DNA of 64,000 nt. It comes from Candidatus Roizmanbacteria bacterium RIFCSPHIGHO2_12_FULL_37_23. Lineage in GTDB: Bacteria; Patescibacteriota; Microgenomatia; UBA1406; HO2-37-13b. Position 1 is the first letter of the stretch. Each line of letters begins with the position of its first letter. Shown here piece after piece: positions 7,403-14,892 of the stretch. Under the pieces are notes generated by a model. The model worked only from the letters and a program-made list of their open reading frames with translations, did not search any database and was not told where the DNA came from. The translations under genes were made by a program, and so were the position numbers. The stretch is from positions 185 to 64,184 of the forward strand of contig MFZX01000009.1 of assembly GCA_001788095.1 (NCBI GenBank), in the 5' to 3' direction.

Positions 7403-8650
7403 TTATGCAGAATAAAAGTCTTTTAACTTTTTTATGATCTCAGTAGCTGAGAAAAGATTGATTTTATCGTCGTCTCTCAACTTCCATTCGACATTTTTTT
7501 TTGTTTTTTCCGAAACAACAAGTCTCACGGGTGATCCAATAAGCTCAGAAGTCATAAATTTTTCTCCTGCTGAGACATCTTCCCGATCATCATATAAGAT
7601 ATCAAACCCCTCGGCTTTTAGAGTGCGATATATGAGATCAGCATATGAGGAGTCATGTTTTGAAAGATTGATCAGCTGCGCGTGAAATGGTGTTACTGAA
7701 AGAGGCCACTGAATGAGATCATCCTTATGATGAACTTCAACAATAGCACCTAGCAATCTCGTTATGCCTATACCATAACAACCCATGACAATTGGGCGGT
7801 TTTCACCATTTTTATCAACATACGTAAGTTTAAATGAATTACTAAACCGGGTATGTAAATCAAATATGTTTCCAATTTCAACAGCTTTATCTGTTTTAAC
7901 ATCGCTACTTCCGCACAATGGACATTTCTTCAGATTACCTTGAATCACTTCTTCATTTTGAGCAAAACTACACGCTCCACAGTACACAAGGTTCACCTCA
8001 CCGGCTGGTGTAAGAACATTAAATTCATGCGAGTGTTTCTTACTAAAATCCCCTCCTGATGCTTCTGTTATTTTTATATCTGTAAATCCACATGTCTGGA
8101 ATATTTTTATATACGCATCTGATACCTTCTGATAATATGCATCTAAATCCTGCTGATGTGCATGAAACGAATATAAATCTTTCATTCCAAATTCTCTTCC
8201 TCTTAAAATTCCTGACTTAGGTCGGGGCTCATCTCTAAATTTTGTGCCAATTTGGTAAAGTGCCAGAGGTAAATCTCTGTAACTTTTTATATATTTTTTT
8301 GCAAGAGGAGTTACGATTTCTTCATGTGAAGCTCCGAGAGCATATTCATAACTGTGTCGACTATTGACTTTGAATAATATGTCTACACTGTTCCATCTTT
8401 CGGTTTGTTCCCAAAGTGATTTAGGATGAAGCGAGGGCATACGTATTTCTAGAGCTCCAATTTCATTCATCTCATTTCGGATAATCGCTTCTATCTTTTT
8501 CAACACTCGATCGCCAGCGGGAAGTATAGTGAAAATACCACTTGCAACTTGATCAATAAATCCCGCTCTTGTGAGTAATTCATGATTTACTGATTCAAAC
8601 TCGCGTGCTGTATCTTTAATTGATTTGATATAGTTTTGAGAAATACGCAT
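7403..8650 (-). CDS. proS: proline--tRNA ligase, short bacterial-type form without the INS editing domain
   Basis: 415 aa with class II motifs (FRDEPRPKSGILRGREFGMKD) and a C-terminal anticodon-binding domain. The INS position holds only a short segment with CGAC...CPLC. Confidence 0.9.
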   Translation of the reverse strand: MRISQNYIKSIKDTAREFESVNHELLTRAGFIDQVASGIFTILPAGDRVLKKIEAIIRNEMNEIGALEIRMPSLHPKSLWEQTERWNSVDILFKVNSRHSYEYALGASHEEIVTPLAKKYIKSYRDLPLALYQIGTKFRDEPRPKSGILRGREFGMKDLYSFHAHQQDLDAYYQKVSDAYIKIFQTCGFTDIKITEASGGDFSKKHSHEFNVLTPAGEVNLVYCGACSFAQNEEVIQGNLKKCPLCGSSDVKTDKAVEIGNIFDLHTRFSNSFKLTYVDKNGENRPIVMGCYGIGITRLLGAIVEVHHKDDLIQWPLSVTPFHAQLINLSKHDSSYADLIYRTLKAEGFDILYDDREDVSAGEKFMTSELIGSPVRLVVSEKTKKNVEWKLRDDDKINLFSATEIIKKLKDFYSA

Positions 8651-9192
8651 TATGTATGTTTTAATTTTTGTAAAACCTTCGAAACTATTTCATCAGGTTT
8701 TTTTCCCGATGTATCGATTACCATATTATAATGCTTAGGATCAAAAATATCATGACGACCATGTATTTCCTGTATTTTTTCTAAAACTTTCTTTTCTCTA
8801 TGTAATACTCTTTTCCTTGCTTGTAAAAAAGAAATATTTTCTCTTTGAGCAAATCGAGTAAAACGTTCCACATCATCACATATAAGCAAAATTTTTAATA
8901 CATCTTTTATGCCGTGAGACATGATTCCGCCCATCCATGCATCAATGACGATATGAGAATTTCCCTTAAGCACATCCCTTATCATGTTGTCAATTTTATT
9001 AGTCATTTTTTTACTCTGTTCCTGTGCGTCCTCGATAGCAAGATGATGGTCCCGAGCATAAGATCGTAAATATTGCCCTGAAGAAAAGGTATCCCATCCT
9101 AGTGCTTTAACGAGATTTTGAACCAGCGTAGATTTCCCAGTGCAGATACGTCCAGAGACAACAATTTTAGAATATTTAGGTTTTTCTTCCAT
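8650..9192 (-). CDS. P-loop nucleoside-monophosphate kinase (cytidylate/adenylate kinase-like)
   Basis: Canonical Walker A VVSGRICTGKST. Start moved to the internal ATG at 9192 (MEEKPKYSKIVVSG...), because the upstream part of the ORF overlaps the preceding gene. Confidence 0.6.
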   Translation of the reverse strand: MEEKPKYSKIVVSGRICTGKSTLVQNLVKALGWDTFSSGQYLRSYARDHHLAIEDAQEQSKKMTNKIDNMIRDVLKGNSHIVIDAWMGGIMSHGIKDVLKILLICDDVERFTRFAQRENISFLQARKRVLHREKKVLEKIQEIHGRHDIFDPKHYNMVIDTSGKKPDEIVSKVLQKLKHT

Positions 9193-9745
9193 TATGGTAG
9201 CCAAGTTTATCGAGGACCTTGCCTGCCGTTTCCATAGGGCCCGAAGCATAGGTGTCAATGACAAGATCATAATACGCAGGACTCCAAAAATCGAAATCGC
9301 CGTATAGATTTTTCCATTTTTTAATATTCTCCTCTTCTCTCTGTTTGATGTATTGTTTTGCCGTTATTACATCAATATTTTCTCTATTAACAACACGATC
9401 TATTCGTACAGCGTCGTTCGTACACATGAGAAGAACTTTAAGGACGTGAACCATATCTCGCGCAATAAACCCACTGAGCCACGCCTCATATATGATATAC
9501 TTTTCATTTTGTAGAGTTTGAACTGCCATGTTTTCCATCTCTCTTTCATGTTCGTCCGTTCTCGAAAGTGCGCCATGAAGATGCTCATTAATATTATTTT
9601 GTCGATCAAATTCACGTTGAAGTTGTCCAGCGTTAATATATTTCCACTGTAAGGTTTCTCTTAATGAAGCTGAAAGAGTTGTTGATCCTACTCCAATCTT
9701 TCCTGAAATCGTTATATTTTCATATTTAAGTTTTTTGTCTTTCAT
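9176..9745 (-). CDS. cytidylate kinase-like protein with a non-canonical P-loop
   Basis: 189 aa and a paralog of the downstream gene. Its P-loop is ITISGKIGVGSTT, with Ser where the GK[ST] lysine is expected. Confidence 0.55.
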   Translation of the reverse strand: MKDKKLKYENITISGKIGVGSTTLSASLRETLQWKYINAGQLQREFDRQNNINEHLHGALSRTDEHEREMENMAVQTLQNEKYIIYEAWLSGFIARDMVHVLKVLLMCTNDAVRIDRVVNRENIDVITAKQYIKQREEENIKKWKNLYGDFDFWSPAYYDLVIDTYASGPMETAGKVLDKLGYHNGRKT

Positions 9746-9747
9746 AC

Positions 9748-10821
9748 TTATAGGAGTTTAACAATATCATTAATAGTAACAAGGATAATAAGACCTATTA
9801 AAATTGCAAATCCAGCAAAATTGAGGCGCCTCTCAATAGTGGGATTAACTTTTCTACGTGAGACCCATTCGTAAATCACAAGCATAAGTCTTCCTCCATC
9901 AAGAGCAGGGAAAGGAAGAATGTTTATTATAGCGAGATTAAGCGAAAGTAATCCAACAAGTTGTAGAAGTGAATCATAACCTTGACGGGCTGCTTCGGCA
10001 GTCAACTTTGCAATACCTACAGGTCCTGCAATTTCTGCGTCAGGTTTTTGTAGAATAATAAGTTGAAAAAGAGTTTTAGATAACTCTTTAGATATGAGAA
10101 TCGTCATCCGTGCCGATTCTATAAGACCAAAAATCGGAGCCTTTACAATAGAGTATTTTCGAATTTCATAGTTTGAGATGAGAACACCGAGTGATCCTTC
10201 ACCTTTTGGGGGATTTTCGCGAGGTGTAATAAGAACATTCTGTGTTTCTTTATTTCTTTCTATCACAAGAGTAATTTCTTCTCCTGCAAATTTACGAGTT
10301 GTGAGTGATACATCACTAGGTTCATCAATAATTATTTCGTCATTTCCCTTTATTATTTTTCTGATACTATCTCCCTTTTGCAAACCAACGATGTACGCAG
10401 GAGAATCCTTCGTGACTTTATCAATGAGAATATTTTTTGTAGGTACTCGTACTCCTTGAATAAAGAGGAATGAAACTATTACCCAACCAAGAAGAAAGTT
10501 ACACAAAACTCCTGCCGTCAATATTAAACATTTTTGCAAAGGTTTTTTATGAGAAAAAGAACGATTAAGAAGTGTTGGTGAAATCTTTTTTCCTTCAAGT
10601 TCCGCGGCTTCTTCGCCAAATACTTTTACAAAACCACCAAGCGGTAGAAGATTAATGCTGTAAAGCGTTTCACCTATTTTGATACCGAAGATTCTTGGAG
10701 GGAGACCAAAGCCAAATTCTTCAACCTTAACATTGTTCAGCTTAGCTGCAATAAAATGACCAAGCTCGTGTATGATAACGAGCAGGACGAGAACTGGGAA
10801 AATAATAAAATTGAATAGCAT
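9748..10821 (-). CDS. rseP: RIP metalloprotease RseP (M50 site-2 protease with PDZ domain)
   Basis: HELGHF motif in the first TM region, a central PDZ-like segment, and a C-terminal LPFPALDGG motif. Confidence 0.9.
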   Translation of the reverse strand: MLFNFIIFPVLVLLVIIHELGHFIAAKLNNVKVEEFGFGLPPRIFGIKIGETLYSINLLPLGGFVKVFGEEAAELEGKKISPTLLNRSFSHKKPLQKCLILTAGVLCNFLLGWVIVSFLFIQGVRVPTKNILIDKVTKDSPAYIVGLQKGDSIRKIIKGNDEIIIDEPSDVSLTTRKFAGEEITLVIERNKETQNVLITPRENPPKGEGSLGVLISNYEIRKYSIVKAPIFGLIESARMTILISKELSKTLFQLIILQKPDAEIAGPVGIAKLTAEAARQGYDSLLQLVGLLSLNLAIINILPFPALDGGRLMLVIYEWVSRRKVNPTIERRLNFAGFAILIGLIILVTINDIVKLL

Positions 10822-10850
10822 AGTATTTCATTAATCTTAACACGTATCAA

Positions 10851-11417
10851 TTAAACCGTCATAATTTCTTCATACTTTCTTTTTTTTAGATCTTCAAGTT
10901 TGTCAGTATAATCTTTCGCAATTTTATCTATTTGCTTTTCTGATCTGAATTTGTCATCTTCTGAAATGCTTTTATCATCCAAGAGAGACCTGATTTTTTT
11001 ACGTATTTCATCACGCGCTATTCGTAGCTGAATTTTTCCCTCCTCTATTTTTTCATTTGAAAGTTTTACATATTTTATTCTCTGTTCTTCGGTGAGAGGT
11101 GGAGTAGTAATCCGAACAATTTTTCCATCAACACTTGGACTTAAGCTAAGTGGAGACAAGCGAATAGCTTTCTCAATATCTTGAATAATGCTTGGATCGA
11201 AAGGTTCGATTAATATCATCGAGGGTCCTTCAATAGCAATGCTTGCTAATTCCCTAAGTTTTAATGAAGCTTGACCATTATAAGCAGATACTTCGATATC
11301 TTCTACTAAAGTTGCATTCGCCTTTCCTGTACGAATATGTCGAAGCTCTTCAATAGTATATGTGATAATTTCCTGAGATCTTTTGGTGAATTGGTTATAA
11401 ATCGTGTCTAAATTCAT
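10851..11417 (-). CDS. frr: ribosome recycling factor
   Basis: 188 aa. Family pattern (LRHIRTGKANATLVEDIEV...) and synteny with tsf and rpsB. Confidence 0.9.
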   Translation of the reverse strand: MNLDTIYNQFTKRSQEIITYTIEELRHIRTGKANATLVEDIEVSAYNGQASLKLRELASIAIEGPSMILIEPFDPSIIQDIEKAIRLSPLSLSPSVDGKIVRITTPPLTEEQRIKYVKLSNEKIEEGKIQLRIARDEIRKKIRSLLDDKSISEDDKFRSEKQIDKIAKDYTDKLEDLKKRKYEEIMTV

Positions 11418-11435
11418 GCTATTCTAATAATAACC

Positions 11436-11885
11436 TTACAGTTCAAATCTTTCAAATCGTCCTATACTAACGTTTTCACCTAATTTTAGGATGGCATCCC
11501 TTAGAATATCTTGAATAGTAGAAGTAGGATCCTTAATGAATGGGGCTTTCATAAGTTCTTTTGCATCCTTCGGAGCGGTTGATGCAATATGCATAACAAT
11601 ATTGTTTCCGAGTTTTAGAAAGTCTTCGTTTATTGCTACAAAATCAGTTTCACAAAGGAGTTCAAGCATTGACCCCATTTTTTTATTGTGATGAATGTAG
11701 GAAAAAATTGCACCCTGTGAAGTTTCACGTGCGGATTTTTTTGCTGCAAATTCTGCCCCTTTTTGTCGAAGAATTTCTCGTGCTTTTATTACATCTCCTT
11801 TTGCTTCTTCCAAAGCTTCTTTGCATAAACTATACGAAACGTTTGTTTCTTCTCTTAGTTGTTTGAGTTTTTTTATATCGTTCAT
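11436..11885 (-). CDS. tsf: elongation factor Ts, short form (149 aa)
   Basis: UBA-like N-terminus (LREETNVSYSLCKEALEEAKGDVIKA), then SYIHHNKKMGSMLELLCETDFVA. Overlaps rpsB by 4 nt (ATGA). Confidence 0.85.
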   Translation of the reverse strand: MNDIKKLKQLREETNVSYSLCKEALEEAKGDVIKAREILRQKGAEFAAKKSARETSQGAIFSYIHHNKKMGSMLELLCETDFVAINEDFLKLGNNIVMHIASTAPKDAKELMKAPFIKDPTSTIQDILRDAILKLGENVSIGRFERFEL

Positions 11886-12610
11886 GTTTTTTTAATTTTT
11901 TTCTCTTCTTTACTATCAGCTTTTTCTTTATTTTTTCGTCCTTCATCATAAGCCTTGATAAGCTCTTCAGTAATATATTTTATACTAACGACCGCATCAT
12001 CATTTGCAGGGATTGGATAACTAACAAGATCGGGATCGACATTTGTATCTACTACGGCGATTGTAGGAATATTCATTATTTGAGCTTCAATAACTGCATT
12101 TTGCTCCTTGCGAATATCGAGTATACACAGAACATCGGGAAGTTTATCGAGCTGAGCAACTCCATCGTAAATACTTGCAATCCGGTTTATTTTTTTTTCA
12201 AGGGCAATTCTTTCATGCTTCGGCAACTTTGCCCAAGCCCCGGATTTTTGCTCTTCTCTCATAGTATTCATTCGTTCAATATTTTTCTTAATTTCAGTAA
12301 AGTTTGTAAGAAATCCTCCAACCCATTTATTAGTAATATAGAAAATATTATTTTCTTTGCATATTGTTGAAACTGGCTCTCGAGCAACTTTTTTTGTAGC
12401 TACATAGAGTAGTGTTTTGCCTTCCGAACCAAATTTTTTAAGTATCTTTATTGCTTGATCAAGATATTCGGCTGTTTTGAAAAGATCGATTATCGAAACA
12501 CCTTTTTCTACAGAGTGAATGAATTTTTTGGATTTTGGATGGACTTTTTGCTTTTTATGACCAAGATGAAGACCATACTGTAAAAGCTTCTGAGGATCGA
12601 TTGCTGTCAT
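11882..12610 (-). CDS. rpsB: 30S ribosomal protein S2
   Basis: 242 aa with LLQYGLHLGHKKQKVHPK and the NIPTIAVVDTNVDP motif. SD AAGGAGAT upstream. Confidence 0.95.
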   Translation of the reverse strand: MTAIDPQKLLQYGLHLGHKKQKVHPKSKKFIHSVEKGVSIIDLFKTAEYLDQAIKILKKFGSEGKTLLYVATKKVAREPVSTICKENNIFYITNKWVGGFLTNFTEIKKNIERMNTMREEQKSGAWAKLPKHERIALEKKINRIASIYDGVAQLDKLPDVLCILDIRKEQNAVIEAQIMNIPTIAVVDTNVDPDLVSYPIPANDDAVVSIKYITEELIKAYDEGRKNKEKADSKEEKKIKKT

Positions 12611-12724
12611 ACTGTATCTCCTTAATAATTAAATGCTATTTTCAGAACCGAAATAAGCCCCACTATGAAGCTCATTCAACAGGAGATAAAGAAAATAGCT
12701 GTGCTTCGTAAAAATGTATTACTT

Positions 12725-12753
12725 ATTGTATCAGGTAAGTATGTTTTGCGCAA
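12725..12753 (-). promoter_or_regulatory. sigma70-like promoter for rpsB-tsf-frr (TTGCGC-N17-TACAAT)
   Basis: Minus strand: TTGCGC at 12753..12748, 17-nt spacer, TACAAT at 12730..12725. About a 105-nt leader. Confidence 0.4.
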
Positions 12754-12755
12754 GA

Positions 12756-13637
12756 CTAAATGTCAAGATTCTTGAGGAATTTTCTAAACTCGCCATTGAT
12801 TTCTTTATGAGTTAAAGCAAACTCGACAATTGTTTTCATATATTCAAGCTTATTTCCTGTATCGTAATATTTTCCATCTTGTATTTCACAAGCATAGATT
12901 GGTATACCTTGGTTCTTAAGCACATTAATAGCATCTGGAAGCCATATCTCGCCGCCTTTACCAGGCTCAAGATTTTTAAGAGCCTGGAAGATTTCCGGAG
13001 GAAGAATATATGCTCCATGAGTTGCAAGGTTTGAGGGAGCTTCGTCTGGTTTAGGTTTTTCGACGATGCGGTTTATTTTGAAAACATTATCTTCAACAGG
13101 CTCATATTCTGCGATTCCATATCGACTCAAGTAATCTTTTTCTTCAATACGAACTCCTGAAATCATGACCCCTCCAAATTTTTGCCATGCTGTAATCATT
13201 TGTTTAAGACGAGGAGGTTGAGCATATATAAATTCATCACCCCACATAACAGCAAAAGATTCATTACCGATAATCGGTTCAGATGAGAGCACCGGTGTCC
13301 CATTACCATAGGGACCCTTTTGGCGAATATAGATAAAATTCGCCATCTCTGCTATTTTATTTACCTCCTGAATATAATTTTCCTTATTACCTTGTTTAAG
13401 ATTTCGAAGAAGATCTTCTGTTGGAGTATCAAAATGGTCTTCGATTGGTCTCTTACTTGATCCTGTGACAATAACAATATCTTTTACACCTGAGCTGACT
13501 GCTTCTTCAACGACATACTGAATGACCGGCTTATCAACAATTGGCAACATCTCTTTGGGCATTGCTTTGGTTTGGGGCAAAAAACGAGTACCAAATCCAG
13601 CTGCAGGAATGACGACTTTCGTTATAGTTTTTTTCAT
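12756..13637 (-). CDS. galU: UTP--glucose-1-phosphate uridylyltransferase
   Basis: AAGFGTRFLPQTKAMPKEMLPIVDKP signature; 293 aa. Confidence 0.9.
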   Translation of the reverse strand: MKKTITKVVIPAAGFGTRFLPQTKAMPKEMLPIVDKPVIQYVVEEAVSSGVKDIVIVTGSSKRPIEDHFDTPTEDLLRNLKQGNKENYIQEVNKIAEMANFIYIRQKGPYGNGTPVLSSEPIIGNESFAVMWGDEFIYAQPPRLKQMITAWQKFGGVMISGVRIEEKDYLSRYGIAEYEPVEDNVFKINRIVEKPKPDEAPSNLATHGAYILPPEIFQALKNLEPGKGGEIWLPDAINVLKNQGIPIYACEIQDGKYYDTGNKLEYMKTIVEFALTHKEINGEFRKFLKNLDI

Positions 13638-13649
13638 GGAATAGATGTT

Positions 13650-14057
13650 TTATTGAGCAAACTGAACAGATATCGGAGTTGGGATATCCATTGAGTTGTT
13701 AACTCGGCCTCGAATCTCAGCAAGCCCTTGAACGTCTGAAGTGATTACGTGATCTGAGATTCCTGATTCGTTCGTTTGAGCACATTCCGGTTCTATTGTG
13801 CCTAGCGATGTTGTTAAACAAACCTGTGCTCCTGGTATTGTTGTTTCATCACATGAACGAACGACAGCATTTAGTGTTGCTCGAACTCCTACTGGTAGCT
13901 CATTTGGAAATGCTAGAAGAAACGATGTACTTTGGCAAGGTGTGGTAGCGTTTTCTGCCTGGATCTGTCTCAGAGATGTTCTATAAAAAACGTACGAAGT
14001 GAATGAGCCTAAAACAAGAAAAAAAACGAGCACTAATAGTAATAGTTTTCTATCCAT
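13650..14057 (-). CDS. hypothetical membrane-anchored/secreted protein with an Ig-like C-terminal region
   Basis: N-terminal hydrophobic helix (LLLLVLVFFLVLGSF) followed by a beta-rich region containing paired Cys. Confidence 0.45.
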   Translation of the reverse strand: MDRKLLLLVLVFFLVLGSFTSYVFYRTSLRQIQAENATTPCQSTSFLLAFPNELPVGVRATLNAVVRSCDETTIPGAQVCLTTSLGTIEPECAQTNESGISDHVITSDVQGLAEIRGRVNNSMDIPTPISVQFAQ

Positions 14058-14093
14058 AGCCTAGCTTTTAGCATAGCATATTATTGAGAAAAG

Positions 14094-14876
14094 TCAAATA
14101 GTTGAGTCTTGTTGTTGAATATAAATAGCTTTTATATCAGCCCAATATTGTTGATCATCAAGTTTCTTCATAATTTCCAGACAAGAGTCTAAAGATATTA
14201 TGGGAATGAATTGGGAAATTTTACGCAAAGAATCCTCAATAATACGTATTGGGTCCTGAGAACTATCTATTGTTCCAAAAGCCCTTTGTTCGTTAAAACG
14301 TTTTGCGAGTTCTGGAAGCTGAAGATGATATCTTTGACGCTGTAATTGAGTACTAATATCAGATTGGTCAAATGGGATAATATCTCGATCATGAGTTTGT
14401 TTAAAATTTGTATATTGTTTTCTAAAGTGATGAATCTCTGTAAATCTTTCTTCTGGAATGAACAAAATAAGAGTTAAGTCCGGATAAAAGCCATTAACAT
14501 ATTTATTTTCAAACTCTTTTATTTTTTCAAGCTGTACTCCCCCCTCAAAACCTTGGTATACTCGAGTCGAATCAAGGTATCGGTCAACAAGAAGGATGGT
14601 ATTTTTTTCTTTACTATCTCCAAGATATGGTCTAATTACGTCATTAATATGCATTTTCCGAGCTTTATTAAAGAGAACAACTTGTTCTTCTGCAGAAATA
14701 CCTTGTCGTAATTGTTGAAATATAAAAGAACGGAATTCTTCTGCTTGAGGACTGCCACCTGGTTCTCTGCTTGTTTTAACTTGATGTCCTGCATCCTGGA
14801 GTATTTTTGCGAGTGATGGTAAAAGTGATGTTTTTCCTGTGTATTCTCCACCCTCGAGAGTAATCAAATAACCCAT
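14094..14876 (-). CDS. tmk: dTMP kinase with a C-terminal extension
   Basis: ITLEGGEYTGKTS P-loop, TSREPGG and DRY motifs. At 260 aa it is about 50 aa longer than typical. Confidence 0.8.
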   Translation of the reverse strand: MGYLITLEGGEYTGKTSLLPSLAKILQDAGHQVKTSREPGGSPQAEEFRSFIFQQLRQGISAEEQVVLFNKARKMHINDVIRPYLGDSKEKNTILLVDRYLDSTRVYQGFEGGVQLEKIKEFENKYVNGFYPDLTLILFIPEERFTEIHHFRKQYTNFKQTHDRDIIPFDQSDISTQLQRQRYHLQLPELAKRFNEQRAFGTIDSSQDPIRIIEDSLRKISQFIPIISLDSCLEIMKKLDDQQYWADIKAIYIQQQDSTI

Positions 14877-14892
14877 AGATCAATAGGCTTTA

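Noticed and set aside
12611-12724. Structured regulatory leader upstream of rpsB (S2 autoregulation)
   Set aside because: The leader length of about 105 nt is compatible, but I could not identify a convincing conserved pseudoknot or hairpin by eye. This is left as promoter plus leader only.
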